A stretch of 64,000 bases of DNA from a virus. The stretch is taken from the IMG/VR virus record IMGVR_UViG_3300020583_000224, positions 1 to 64,000 of that record. One strand, given 5' to 3'. Positions 1 to 10,343 of the stretch are shown here, piece by piece. The position numbers were made by a program, and so were the translations under genes. Every line of letters starts with the position of its first letter. Within the stretch, counting starts at the first letter, position 1. The notes beneath the pieces were generated by a model. The model worked only from the letters and a program-made list of their open reading frames with translations, ran no database searches and was not told where the DNA came from.

Positions 1-18
1 GCTGATCGGGGTGAGCTG

Positions 19-2025
19 ATGCCTTACCTCGCAGCGAATGTCAGCGTCATGGACTTCGGCGCCGACCCGACGGGCGTGGCCGACTCCACTTCCGCGTTCA
101 ACCAGGCGCTCGCCTACGTTGCAGGACTCGGCGGCGGCGTGGTGTCCGCACCGGAGGGCACATTCAAGATCACCCCGTCGGGGTCCCCGGCGGTGGGCGT
201 CTCGTTCATGGGCACCGGGTCCGCCGGGTACCAGAATGTCAGGCTGGTCGGCGCGGGCATGGAGGCGACAGTCTTAAAGAAGGCCGCCGCCGGCACGCTG
301 CTCCAGTTCTCCGGACCGTCGAGCAGCCCGAACACCGGGTCCACGCACACCCGGTTCTGCTCGGTGGAGTCCATCGGATTCGACGGCGGCACCACGTTCG
401 CCGGCGACGTCTTCCAGTGCTACTACGCAGACAACCTGCTGTTCCGTGACATCAACATCAACAACAACGCGGACATCATCCTCGACAGCGCCGAGTTCTG
501 GGACAGCAGGTTCTACAACGTCGTGTTCGGCGGTTCCGGCAGCACGACGGCGAACACGGACGCCCCGAACGTGTACCTGCGCTGCTCGGCCGCGAGCTCC
601 GGGTTCGGCAACTCGACCGGCACGACGAACATGCTGGTGTTCCAGGGCTGCCGCTGGGAGGCGTTCCTGTCCGGCGCCCTGAAGATCGCGCAGGGCCCCG
701 GGTCCAGCTCCGGCGTCAACTCGGTGTTCCTGACCGACAACAAGATGGAGACATCACAGGTCAACGGAAGCGGCACCGGCAACCAGGCCAGCCACATCTC
801 GGTCGACGCGAACGCCCGCGCCGTGTTCGTGCGCGGCCTGTACGCCTACTCCGGCGCCTTCTACACCGGGTACTCGACCGCGCAGGACGTGATCTCCTGG
901 TCGGCGCAGGACTCCGCCCTGACCGACGTGCTGATCTCCGACGGCGGCTCGGCGACGATCGCCAACGGCGTGACGGTCAACTCGACGGTGGCGAGCCAGA
1001 ACGCCGTGGTGCGCAACGTCTACGGCACCTACACCACGAACCCGACCGGCAAGCACGTCAACATCGGCACCTCGACCGGCTCCTTCGTCGTCGATAACTG
1101 CCACTCGTCCGCCACCGACCCGAGCATCCTGAACCAGATGACCGAGTGGATCACGGCGTCGTCGGGCACGAACACGTTCGGTTCGTCGGTCGCCGGGGAC
1201 TCGGTCCACCGGTTCGTCGCCAACGCCAACGGCGGGTTCTCCTGGGGCGGCGGCGCGCTCGCCGCGGACGTCGTCATGGTGCGCGCCTTGGCGGGCGTCC
1301 TGGGCTTGACCACGGGCAGCCTGCTGATCGGAGCGAGCGACCTGGGCGACGGCGGCGCCGGGGTGCTGAAGCTCGCGAACGCGGCCACGCTGCCGACGGC
1401 GAACCCGACCGGCGGCGCCGTCGTATACGCGCGCAACGGCGGCCTGTGGGACCGCGACCCGAACGGCGTGATCTCCGCGATGGTCTCGCCGTCGGAGTTC
1501 TCCACGTCCCCCACCGGCTGTCTCGGCGAGACGTTCCCGCGCTGCCTCGGGTCGAACGCGACGGCAACGCAGGCCATCGGCGCGACCACGGGCACCGTGT
1601 ACATGATGGGGATCTGGCTGCCCGCCGGCCTCACGATCACGAACATGAACTGGATCACGGGTTCGACGGCGGCGGTGACGCCGGCGCACTGGTGGCTGGG
1701 GATCGCGAACTCGGCCGGGCTGCAGCAGGCGGCCACCGCCGACCAGTTGACTGCCGCGATCGCCGCTAACAGTTTGATCACCAAGGCTCTGACGGCGACG
1801 TACACGACGACAGCCACCGGGCTCTACTACCTGCTGCTGTCGGTGACGGCCGCCACGAACCCGACCGCGACCGGCCTGCCGGTGCCGATCTCCCAGATGA
1901 ACCTGGCGACGCCGGTGCTCGCGGGAGTGTCGGCCGCTACGCAGTCGGCGCCGGGCACGAACGGCACCACGAGTTATACGGCCCCTGCGTCCGCCGGCGG
2001 CATCCCCTATGTGTACCTGACCTGA
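19..2025 (+). CDS. tailspike/minor tail protein with pectate-lyase-like beta-helix
   Basis: N-terminal SVMDFGADPTGVADSTSAFNQAL (Pectate_lyase_3-like), beta-helix-type repeats, position among tail genes. Confidence 0.75.
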   Translation: MPYLAANVSVMDFGADPTGVADSTSAFNQALAYVAGLGGGVVSAPEGTFKITPSGSPAVGVSFMGTGSAGYQNVRLVGAGMEATVLKKAAAGTLLQFSGPSSSPNTGSTHTRFCSVESIGFDGGTTFAGDVFQCYYADNLLFRDININNNADIILDSAEFWDSRFYNVVFGGSGSTTANTDAPNVYLRCSAASSGFGNSTGTTNMLVFQGCRWEAFLSGALKIAQGPGSSSGVNSVFLTDNKMETSQVNGSGTGNQASHISVDANARAVFVRGLYAYSGAFYTGYSTAQDVISWSAQDSALTDVLISDGGSATIANGVTVNSTVASQNAVVRNVYGTYTTNPTGKHVNIGTSTGSFVVDNCHSSATDPSILNQMTEWITASSGTNTFGSSVAGDSVHRFVANANGGFSWGGGALAADVVMVRALAGVLGLTTGSLLIGASDLGDGGAGVLKLANAATLPTANPTGGAVVYARNGGLWDRDPNGVISAMVSPSEFSTSPTGCLGETFPRCLGSNATATQAIGATTGTVYMMGIWLPAGLTITNMNWITGSTAAVTPAHWWLGIANSAGLQQAATADQLTAAIAANSLITKALTATYTTTATGLYYLLLSVTAATNPTATGLPVPISQMNLATPVLAGVSAATQSAPGTNGTTSYTAPASAGGIPYVYLT

Positions 2026-2747
2026 TGCCTACCCCGGCGTGGATCGGCGCGTCCCCCAATTCGCCGCAGTTGGCCGCGCAGGTCAACGAGTTCCTCGGCA
2101 CGCACGCGGTCACCTATCTGTACACGGGCGTGCAGCAGGGCGGTCACACGACGCTGGGTTCGGGCGGCGTGAACAGCGACGGCTTGTATATCGCGCAGTC
2201 GTTCACTGCCGCGTCGAGCTTCATGCTCGGCCACGTCGTGCTGTACTTCGCCGTAGCGACCGGTACGCCGACCGCGCCGACGACGATCTCGATCCAGACG
2301 TCCTCCGGCGGCGCGCCCTCGGGCGCCGCGCTAGTGTCCACGACGATTCCCGCGCAGTACCTGAGCGGTTTGGTGTCGATCCCGGTGCCGTGCTCGCTGG
2401 CCAGCGGCACCGGGTACTGGATCGTGCTGGCCGCGGTGGGGGACGCTTCGGACTATGTGACATGGCTCGAATCCAACCAGGTAAGCGGTGCCTCGACCTC
2501 GACGACGGGCACGTCGTGGACGGCGCAGGGCTACGGCCTGGCCTACTCATACTTCGATCAGTCCGCCGTCCCGCCGCTCGTGCACACCTGGGAGGACTCG
2601 GGTGCGCGCTGGACGTCGTGGGCGCAGAACGCGAACAATCAGCCGACGTCGCTACAGGAGTACACGGTCGCGCAGGCCGCAGGGGACTACGTGTACTCGA
2701 CGCGGGCCATGACGTACAGCAGCGGCAGCCTCGTCGCGGTCGCCTAG
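2025..2747 (+). CDS. minor tail protein
   Basis: TGATG coupling to the upstream gene; IAQSFT...TGYWIVL beta-sandwich; paralogous to 3973..6288. Confidence 0.65.
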   Translation: MPTPAWIGASPNSPQLAAQVNEFLGTHAVTYLYTGVQQGGHTTLGSGGVNSDGLYIAQSFTAASSFMLGHVVLYFAVATGTPTAPTTISIQTSSGGAPSGAALVSTTIPAQYLSGLVSIPVPCSLASGTGYWIVLAAVGDASDYVTWLESNQVSGASTSTTGTSWTAQGYGLAYSYFDQSAVPPLVHTWEDSGARWTSWAQNANNQPTSLQEYTVAQAAGDYVYSTRAMTYSSGSLVAVA

Positions 2748-3904
2748 ACGGCCCAGACGCCGAGGAAGAAGAGCACGGCGACGACCACGGCGAGCGGCGC
2801 GCACACCCACACGTACAACTGCCCCAACCACGGGCGACGCTCAGCTGCTCGCGCAACCAGGACGTACAGCGGCCACATGAGCAGCAGGGTTCGGGGCACG
2901 GCCTGATAGTAGGTCGTCGTCGCTAGCGACACGACCGCGAGCGCGCAGTACAACGCCTCGGGCCACGCCCGGCGCCACGTCAGAACAATAGTGAGCGCGA
3001 GCGCGACGGCCATGCAGGCGATCTCGAGTTGGAACATGGCGGCCCGCTCGGGCGTGAGCCCGTGTCCGAACGCCCGGTCCCACGTGTTGCGCAGCGACAT
3101 CCACGGGCCGACGAATCGCAGCCCCCAACCGTTGCGGTTCGCGGTCAGCCATGCGGTCCACGAGCCGGACCCGGCCCACAGGTAAATCTCGAAGCCGGCC
3201 GGGCCGAGCGCGGCCAGGGACGTGACGGCGGTCGCGCGCAGCCGCTGCCCGCGCGGGCTCATCACTGCGGCAAGCATGAGCGCCGCGATCAGGAACACCC
3301 CGTTCACGCGCACGAGTCCCGCGCAGGCGGCGAGCAGCGACGCCAGCGGCCAGTCCCGTCGCTTCGCCGCCATCCAGGCGGGCAGTGCGAACGCGAGGAA
3401 CAGCGCCTCGGAATAGCCGACGATCAGGTACATGGCTGCGGGCGCGGTCAGCAGGCACAGGGCCGCGCGCTCGCCGCCGAGCCGCCCGATGCACACGAGC
3501 GCGACGCCGCCAGCGACGAGCGAGATGAGCAGACCGGCGACGACCCAGTTACGGACGATCAGGTGTACGGCGGCGAGCACGAGCGGAAAGCCCGGCAGGA
3601 ACGCGGCGCCGTCGGACCCGGGGCCGCGGCCGCTGAAGTATCCGTGCGCGGCGATGGCCTGATACCACGTGTAATCCCACTGCCCGTAGATGCCGAGCAG
3701 CGGCCGGTAGAGTCCGCGCGACCCGCCGATCCAAGCACTCATCCAGGCGATGACGGCGAGCCCGGCGTGTGCCCCGGCCCACAGTCCGAGGATGCGCCGG
3801 TCGGTCGGGGTGAGCCGTGCGACTGCCGTGCGGGCGCTACGGTACAGGCGCCGGGCAGCGTGCGGGCGCACGAGTGCCGTCTCGGCGGTCTCGCGTTGCA
3901 GCAT
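2744..3904 (-). CDS. GT-C membrane glycosyltransferase (PIG-V/Mannosyl_trans2-like)
   Basis: QWDYTWYQAIAAHGY...AAFLPGFP and YSEALF motifs, many TM helices; ATG 3904 with upstream AGGGGG. Confidence 0.8.
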   Translation of the reverse strand: MLQRETAETALVRPHAARRLYRSARTAVARLTPTDRRILGLWAGAHAGLAVIAWMSAWIGGSRGLYRPLLGIYGQWDYTWYQAIAAHGYFSGRGPGSDGAAFLPGFPLVLAAVHLIVRNWVVAGLLISLVAGGVALVCIGRLGGERAALCLLTAPAAMYLIVGYSEALFLAFALPAWMAAKRRDWPLASLLAACAGLVRVNGVFLIAALMLAAVMSPRGQRLRATAVTSLAALGPAGFEIYLWAGSGSWTAWLTANRNGWGLRFVGPWMSLRNTWDRAFGHGLTPERAAMFQLEIACMAVALALTIVLTWRRAWPEALYCALAVVSLATTTYYQAVPRTLLLMWPLYVLVARAAERRPWLGQLYVWVCAPLAVVVAVLFFLGVWAV

Positions 3905-3972
3905 GAAGATCAGCCCCCTGAGTCTTTCGCGTCCTTCGAACGGTACCGCCCGCCACCGACATTGCCAGGGGG

Positions 3973-6288
3973 ATGCCCGTGCCGACGACCTCGACCCCCG
4001 CATGGAACGCCCCGCAGGCCGGACTGGTCGGGGACGCCGCGGCAATCGCGGGAAGCGCCCAGATCAATCAGATGCTCGGCACGCACACGTCGAGCGAGAT
4101 CTATCAAGGCAATGCCGTGCTGACCCCGGCCGACTACGGCGTAGGCGCAGCCACCGGCCCGTGGGCTGCGGCGCTAACCTCCGAGGACGTTGACCAGCCG
4201 TTCACGATGTCGGGCACGACGATCGGGCGCGTACAGATCCCGATCATGCCCGTGGGAAACGGTGCAGACCTGCTCGTCTCGCTGTGCGCGGACAGCGCCG
4301 GCACGCCCGGAACGATGATTGCGCAGACGAGGATCCCGGCGAACTGGATCAACCAGCTCTCCCCAGTCGCCGGCACTTCGACCGGCATCGCCAACTCGCC
4401 GACGCCGAACCTCACCGGCAACCCGCTTGCAGTCGCGCAGTACCGGCTCGCGGCCACATCCCTTCTCAAGCAGCTTCCTTATCCGGTGCCCGCAGTCACC
4501 GGCATCGCGGCCGCTTCCTCGACCGCCTGGTACGACCCGTACGTCATCCAGGTCGGGGGCGTGAACGGCGGCGTCGCCCTGACCAACGTGTTCACGATCC
4601 CCTACGGCCCCGACGGGACACTCGGCAAATCGATCCCGCAGACCCTGTTTCCCGAGCCCAATGACGGCTCCTCGTCCACGATCGTGGCGGTCGACTCGCA
4701 GAACGGCAATCCGGTCGTGGTCAACTGCGGCGGCGGTACGTCGTTCGGCGGCGCGCCGGTCGCGAACGTGTACACCTCAAACCTGAACACGGCCACCGGG
4801 GCGCTGTCCGCCTGGTCGGCGCAGACCGCACTGCCCTACGCCGTGCAGAACCACACCATGGCCACGTACAACGGGTACGTGTACGTCATCGGCGGCCGGC
4901 TGAACAGTTCGACTGGGTACACGAACGTCACCTACGCGCAGGTAGTGAACGGCCAGATCACCGCATGGACCGCGGCGACGCCGCTGCCGCAGGCCAGGGC
5001 GGAGACCCTCACCGCCGTCTCCAACGGATTCCTCGTGGTCTCGGTCGGCGAGGATGCTGGGATCACGACAACCTACGAGACCACCTGGTACGCGAAGATC
5101 AACCCCAACGGCTCGCTTGGCCCGTGGCTCGCCGGCCCGTCCCTGCCGTTCGGCGATGTCAACCTGAACACCAACGCGTTCGGCAACAGTCAGGGGATCT
5201 ACGCCGGTGGCGCCAACAACTTCTCGTTCCTCGGGATGGGGCCGAACGGCCCGAGCCCCCAGTGGATATTCTCGTCCGGCACGCTCGGCAAATACCCCGG
5301 ATACCACGACAACGGCAATGGTGCCGTCAGCGTCGGAGCCTTGTATAACGCCAGCAACCTTGTCTTCAACATCTACGAGTACTGCTATCTCAGCGTGCCG
5401 CTGCCCGCCTCCGGTTTGACGAGCGGGGCGACGTACCACGTCCTCATGCAGCAGCAGGGCGGCGACCTCAACGACTACCTGACCCTGATGGTCAACTTCA
5501 CGCTCCCGAAGAGCGGGCTGACCAGCCCGCGCAACGGGTACACGTGGACCGCGATGCCGAACTTCGGGTCGTCTGACCTGCAGGGAATTCCCTTGAGCGT
5601 GTTCGACAACACGGTTCCGTACCAGGGCGCGATGCCGTGGCATTCCTGGGAGGACGGCGGCGCGCACGTCACGACGGTCGTGTGCGCGACGACCCCGGAC
5701 CAGCGGCTACTCGGCCTGTGCGAGGCGACACGCACCCTGCTGCAGCGCAACCAGAACTCTGGATTCGAAACCGGCATCCCGCCGTGGACCGTACAGAACG
5801 CCGCAGTAGCCCAGTCCACGGCGCACGTGAAGGAAGGCGTCTATGCGGCGCAGATCACCCCGAACGGCGCCTCCGCGCAATGCTCGATCACCTCCGAGCA
5901 GACGCTGCCGTGCCAGCCCGGGCAGGCGATCACCGTGGCCGGGCAGTTCTGGTTCACCGCGGCCGTCACGAGCGCGAACTTCAGCCTCTCCGTCTCCTGG
6001 TATACGCAGGCCGGGGCGCCGATCTCCACCTCGAACGTGTTCACGACGATGCCCACGGCGACGTACACGCCCGTGGTGAACACGTTCACCGCGCCGGCTG
6101 GCGCCTACCAGTACGCGCTCGTCCCGACCCTGCAAGGCACCCCTGCCGCCTCCCAGGTCTGGTATGCCGACCAGGTCTACTCCACCGACCTGGTCACCCC
6201 GCAGCAGTCCACGGTCACCGAAGTGACCTATCCCGGCACTTGGCCAGGAAGCACATGGCCGCCGCTCGCGTTCGTCGAACTCGCCTAA
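3973..6288 (+). CDS. minor tail protein with kelch-like repeats and a carbohydrate-binding module
   Basis: YVYVIGG kelch-type repeats; NSGFETG...HVKEGVYA CBM4/9-like C-terminus. Confidence 0.7.
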   Translation: MPVPTTSTPAWNAPQAGLVGDAAAIAGSAQINQMLGTHTSSEIYQGNAVLTPADYGVGAATGPWAAALTSEDVDQPFTMSGTTIGRVQIPIMPVGNGADLLVSLCADSAGTPGTMIAQTRIPANWINQLSPVAGTSTGIANSPTPNLTGNPLAVAQYRLAATSLLKQLPYPVPAVTGIAAASSTAWYDPYVIQVGGVNGGVALTNVFTIPYGPDGTLGKSIPQTLFPEPNDGSSSTIVAVDSQNGNPVVVNCGGGTSFGGAPVANVYTSNLNTATGALSAWSAQTALPYAVQNHTMATYNGYVYVIGGRLNSSTGYTNVTYAQVVNGQITAWTAATPLPQARAETLTAVSNGFLVVSVGEDAGITTTYETTWYAKINPNGSLGPWLAGPSLPFGDVNLNTNAFGNSQGIYAGGANNFSFLGMGPNGPSPQWIFSSGTLGKYPGYHDNGNGAVSVGALYNASNLVFNIYEYCYLSVPLPASGLTSGATYHVLMQQQGGDLNDYLTLMVNFTLPKSGLTSPRNGYTWTAMPNFGSSDLQGIPLSVFDNTVPYQGAMPWHSWEDGGAHVTTVVCATTPDQRLLGLCEATRTLLQRNQNSGFETGIPPWTVQNAAVAQSTAHVKEGVYAAQITPNGASAQCSITSEQTLPCQPGQAITVAGQFWFTAAVTSANFSLSVSWYTQAGAPISTSNVFTTMPTATYTPVVNTFTAPAGAYQYALVPTLQGTPAASQVWYADQVYSTDLVTPQQSTVTEVTYPGTWPGSTWPPLAFVELA

Positions 6289-6342
6289 CCCACCCCGGCA
6301 CCCAGCCGCGCGCGGCATCCCATGTGGACGGAGGCGCTAGTA

Positions 6343-6822
6343 GTGGACTCGCTCGCCCTGTACGCCCTCGCGCAGACAGCGCAACTCGCAGTACCGGTCA
6401 CCGCCACCCCCGTCTCCACGTCTGCGGCGGGCACCGTCACCTCCGGCACTACCGAGACGCTCGACGCGGTCCTCGGCACCTACCAGTGCTCCCTGATCGC
6501 CGGGCGCCGCTACGTCGCGGTCGTCAACGGCCTGATCGGCAACGGCAGCGTCGCCGGAGACGTGTTCGCCGTTAATATCCGCAACTCCGGATCATCGTCG
6601 GCGCCGACCTCCTCGAGCACGCTGCTTTGCCAGCAGCAGTGGGTGTGCACGGTCGCGGGCACTTCAGGCCGTTCAGCCATCCCCATCAGCCAGTCGTTCA
6701 TCGCGCCGTCGACCGGCCTCAACACGTTCGGGGTGTTCGCGGTCCGCCAGTCCGGAACCGGCGTATACACCCCGGACGGCACCCCGCGCGAACTGTACGT
6801 CCAGTACCTCGGCACGGTCTGA
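6343..6822 (+). CDS. putative minor tail protein
   Basis: GGAGG then GTG 6343; beta-rich composition. Confidence 0.55.
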   Translation: MDSLALYALAQTAQLAVPVTATPVSTSAAGTVTSGTTETLDAVLGTYQCSLIAGRRYVAVVNGLIGNGSVAGDVFAVNIRNSGSSSAPTSSSTLLCQQQWVCTVAGTSGRSAIPISQSFIAPSTGLNTFGVFAVRQSGTGVYTPDGTPRELYVQYLGTV

Positions 6823-6869
6823 CCGGCCGTACTACCCATGGAGACCAGTCGCAAGAAAGGACGTCGTCT

Positions 6870-7304
6870 GTGAATGAAGACGGCACTTCTGTCGCCGCCC
6901 ATGAGGCCGCACAGACCCATCACTACGTGATGCATTTCCCGGAACACCCCCCGCGGAAGTCCGATCCGCACTACCGCGACTTCGAGGCGTTCCGCCGTCG
7001 CACGCATGCGACAGCACGTTGCCAGTTCGTGGTGGATACCGGCGACGACTCTGAGTGTCGCGGCGTCCTGGAACTACACCACACGCACATCGAGTTCTCG
7101 CTGCAGAATGGCGTCGACTTGGCGCGGCTTGAGCACCTCTACCCGGGCGTGTCCGACCCAGCGCAAGTCGGCGCATGGATCGAGACGGCGGATAATCTCA
7201 CCTGGTATTGCGCATGGCACCACCGCGGCCACGGCGGAATCCACACGGCTGCGGCGGCCGACTTCGAGGCCAGCAAGTGGGTGCGGGGGCTGATCGAGCC
7301 GTGA
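6870..7304 (+). CDS. HNH-like (His-Me finger) protein
   Basis: LELHH...NLTWYCAWHHR...GIH pattern; GAAAGGA RBS. Confidence 0.55.
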   Translation: MNEDGTSVAAHEAAQTHHYVMHFPEHPPRKSDPHYRDFEAFRRRTHATARCQFVVDTGDDSECRGVLELHHTHIEFSLQNGVDLARLEHLYPGVSDPAQVGAWIETADNLTWYCAWHHRGHGGIHTAAAADFEASKWVRGLIEP

Positions 7305-7837
7305 CCCTCTACGAGCACATCGCGCATCCTCATGTGGAAGCGCGGAAGCAGAGCGGCCCCGTCAGGACGGAAGACCATCGCGCCAGTTCAAGTGCCATTG
7401 CAGCACGGGTCAATGCCAAGCTTGGGCTGGCGATCACCCTGTCGGTTGGGACGATGTGGGCGGCCTACGTTTTCACGGCCGTCGCGCTCGTGAGCCTTCC
7501 GTCGGCGATCTCGTCTCATAACTCCACGATTCTCATCGCGTGGATTAGCAGCAATTTTCTGCAACTCGTTTTGCTGCCTATCGTGATCGTCGGTCAGAAC
7601 ATTCAGGCCAAGGCTGCCGATGCGCGCGCCGACTCCACGTACCGGGACGCTGAGGCGATCATTGAGTCGGCACGGCAGATAGCCGAGCATCTCAGTGCAC
7701 AGGATGAGCACCTCGGCGTACAGGATCAGCACTTGCTTGCGCAGGACGATCGACTTGACGCGCTCGCAGATCGGTCTGCGGCGCTCGCCGACCAGCTCGC
7801 CGCTCTCGCCGTGCGCCTGTCGCCGCCGCCCGCCTGA
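7301..7837 (+). CDS. DUF1003-like membrane protein
   Basis: VGTMWAAY...FLQLVLLPIVIVGQN, 2 TM helices plus coiled coil. Confidence 0.65.
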   Translation: MTLYEHIAHPHVEARKQSGPVRTEDHRASSSAIAARVNAKLGLAITLSVGTMWAAYVFTAVALVSLPSAISSHNSTILIAWISSNFLQLVLLPIVIVGQNIQAKAADARADSTYRDAEAIIESARQIAEHLSAQDEHLGVQDQHLLAQDDRLDALADRSAALADQLAALAVRLSPPPA

Positions 7838-8022
7838 TGCTCAACTCGATCCTCGCGAACCTGATCGCGGACGTGCTTTGGCTGCCGGCCGGCTGGCTGA
7901 TCCTGCGCTTCGCCAGGCGGCTGCTGCGCGAGTGGCGCGAGGAGTTCGCTGCGGCCACGGCCAGCCAGACGACCGAGCTGAAGGAGCACATCTCCCAGCA
8001 GGCGGGCAACGCGAGCATTTGA
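7837..8022 (+). CDS. small membrane protein (lysis region)
   Basis: TGATG overlap, N-terminal hydrophobic segment. Confidence 0.55.
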   Translation: MLNSILANLIADVLWLPAGWLILRFARRLLREWREEFAAATASQTTELKEHISQQAGNASI

Positions 8023-8059
8023 TCCACGCCCCGACCACGACCACGATCGGGAGCGCGCC

Positions 8060-8479
8060 GTGGCCGATGAGATGACGGAAGCCGAGATCCGCCGCACCCT
8101 AGCGCGGATCGAACAGGCACAGAAAGACTCAAACAAAGCCAGCGACGACCGGCTCGCCAGGCTCGCTCAGGAAACCGTACCCGCCGCGCTGTGGGCGTCC
8201 GAACATAAGGCGCTCGCCGACGACGTGAGGCACCTTGAGACCGACCTCCGGGACGAGGTTGCCCGGATCGAGCGTACTTCGCAAGAGCGCATGAAGACGC
8301 TGCGCACGGAGATCGGCGTCATACGCGCAGCACAGACCGCCCATGAGGCGGCGCACCGCGACTCGAACGCCTGGTCGCGCTCGAAAACACTGACGTTGAT
8401 CGGGATCGTGGTGGCCGCAGCGGCGACGCTCGTGGGCGCGTACATCGCCGCGTTCGCCGCCGCTGGAGGAGTTCGCTGA
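8060..8479 (+). CDS. coiled-coil membrane protein, holin/lysis accessory candidate
   Basis: coiled coil plus C-terminal TM, upstream of the endolysin. Confidence 0.55.
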   Translation: MADEMTEAEIRRTLARIEQAQKDSNKASDDRLARLAQETVPAALWASEHKALADDVRHLETDLRDEVARIERTSQERMKTLRTEIGVIRAAQTAHEAAHRDSNAWSRSKTLTLIGIVVAAAATLVGAYIAAFAAAGGVR

Positions 8480-9456
8480 TGACGGTCGCCGAGCGCAGGC
8501 GCAAGACACTGATCGGTGCGGGTATCACGGTGTTCGCGGTGGCGCTACTCGGCCTCGTCGTGTTCCTGATCCTCGTGCTGTCTCATGCGTCGTCGCAGAT
8601 CGCGGTGCTGAACAGCGGCCGGGCGACGGATGACGCGCAGATCAGCGGGCTCGCCGGGGCAGTCAACTCGGCGCGGGCGCAGATCAAATCCTTGGGTGCG
8701 ACACCGGTCGTGCCCCCCGCGACCGAGATCATGAAGACGGTGCAGGTGCCAGGCCCGACCGGGCCCGCCGGCGCGCCGGGTGCGACCGGCCCGGGCCCCG
8801 CAGACTCCCAGGTCGCCAGCGCCGTATCCGCATACCTCGCGGCGCATCCGGTGCCGGGCGTCTCCAGCCAGCAGGTCGCGACCGCAGTGGACGCCTACTT
8901 CGCCGCGACCCCGGCGCCGTCCGGCCCGCAAGGCCCGGGGCCGTCGCAGCAGCAGATCGCCGACGCTGTCGCCTCGTACATGGCCGCGAACCCCGCGCCG
9001 TCAGGGCCGGCCGGCCCGGCGGGCAGTCCGGGAGCCGGCGCCACTGGGCCGCAAGGCCCCGCCGGCAGCCCGGGACAGAACGGCGCCCCGGGGAGCCCGC
9101 CTGCGGGCTGGTCCTGGACGGACCCCTCCGGCAACACGTACACGTGCGCCGATGACGGCCAGACGCCCGCCCCGCACTACACGTGCAGCCTCGCGACGGG
9201 CACCGCGACAGCTTCATCGACCGCGACAGCGTCCGCATCGCCGAGCGGCACGAGCCCCACGGGCGGCAGCGTCGGCGCGGCGCTCATCACCACGCCCACC
9301 CCGGCGGCGAAGACGGCGACGGCCACGGCGCCCGGTGCGACACCGCCCGCATCCACACCCGCCGCACCCGCGCCGGGCAAGACGGGTTCGACGACCCGCG
9401 GGCTGCTGCTCCTCGGCTTGCCGCTCTTGCGCCGCGACGACCTATTCGGAGGCTAA
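8479..9456 (+). CDS. membrane-anchored collagen-like lysis-cassette protein
   Basis: N-terminal TM, GPxGPx repeats, Cys pair WSWT...C...YTC. Confidence 0.65.
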   Translation: MTVAERRRKTLIGAGITVFAVALLGLVVFLILVLSHASSQIAVLNSGRATDDAQISGLAGAVNSARAQIKSLGATPVVPPATEIMKTVQVPGPTGPAGAPGATGPGPADSQVASAVSAYLAAHPVPGVSSQQVATAVDAYFAATPAPSGPQGPGPSQQQIADAVASYMAANPAPSGPAGPAGSPGAGATGPQGPAGSPGQNGAPGSPPAGWSWTDPSGNTYTCADDGQTPAPHYTCSLATGTATASSTATASASPSGTSPTGGSVGAALITTPTPAAKTATATAPGATPPASTPAAPAPGKTGSTTRGLLLLGLPLLRRDDLFGG

Positions 9457-9458
9457 CT

Positions 9459-10343
9459 GTGAGCGACCTGACCGGCTTCGACTCCGCCTACCCGCCATCG
9501 AACCCACCGCACGACCAGGTGGTGTTCGGCTACCTCGGCGGCGACACCCCGCACGTGTGGACCCCCGCCGAATGGGCCGCGCAGAAAGCCCGCTACCGGG
9601 TCGGCATCTGGACCCGCTCCAACCCCGTCGGCGCCGCGCAAGGCAAGAGCGAAGGCGAAGCCGCAGTCGCCGCATGGCGCGCACTCGGAGCCCCCGCCGG
9701 AACCCTGCTCGTCCTCGACTACGAAACCGCGATCAACAGCGCCTACCTGGCCGCATTCGACACCGCGGCCGTCGCAGGCGGCTGCAAGGTCGCCGTGTAC
9801 GGCTCCACCTCGACCGTGTACCGGAACCCGAAGCCGTCCGGCGGCTACTTCCCGGCCGACATCACCAACACCCCACACCTCGTCCCCGGCACGCTCATCA
9901 CCCAGTACGAGTTCGAATCCGGCTGGGACGACGACGAGGTCGCCGCAGGCGCGACAAGCATGCTCTGGGACACCCAACCCGCCCAAGGAGGCAGCACCAT
10001 GACCGTCAACTGGAACGACACCATCGAAGGCATCGGCGGACGACCCAAGGGCAACCAGGTCAACTACATGCTCACCGACCTGTCGCGCTTCAGGGACGCA
10101 CTGTTCGGCGACAAGACCGTTCAGATACCCGCCGGATCCCCGCTCGCCCAGCTGCTGACGTTCCTCGAAGGCGCCACCAGCGAACTTGCCGAGGTCCAGC
10201 AGATCGTCGGCAGCGTCGAGAAGCTCAGCGCCCCGACCGTTGATGCCGCAGCGCTCGCGGCCGCGCTCGCCGGGAACGCCTCGTTCGTCGATGCGATCGC
10301 CGCGGCCGTCGTCGCGAAGATCGGCGCCGACCTCAAGGGCTGA
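9459..10343 (+). CDS. endolysin, GH25/DUF1906-like muramidase
   Basis: GFDSAYP...GYLGG...LVLDYE...VAVYGS...TQY TIM-barrel pattern; last gene before a terminator. Confidence 0.75.
   Translation: MSDLTGFDSAYPPSNPPHDQVVFGYLGGDTPHVWTPAEWAAQKARYRVGIWTRSNPVGAAQGKSEGEAAVAAWRALGAPAGTLLVLDYETAINSAYLAAFDTAAVAGGCKVAVYGSTSTVYRNPKPSGGYFPADITNTPHLVPGTLITQYEFESGWDDDEVAAGATSMLWDTQPAQGGSTMTVNWNDTIEGIGGRPKGNQVNYMLTDLSRFRDALFGDKTVQIPAGSPLAQLLTFLEGATSELAEVQQIVGSVEKLSAPTVDAAALAAALAGNASFVDAIAAAVVAKIGADLKG

Noticed and set aside
19-6288. Diversity-generating retroelement or invertible tail cassette
   Set aside because: No reverse transcriptase, invertase or near-identical template repeat was seen.
8740-9110. Collagen-like repeats as a novelty
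   Set aside because: Common in actinophage lysis-region membrane proteins.
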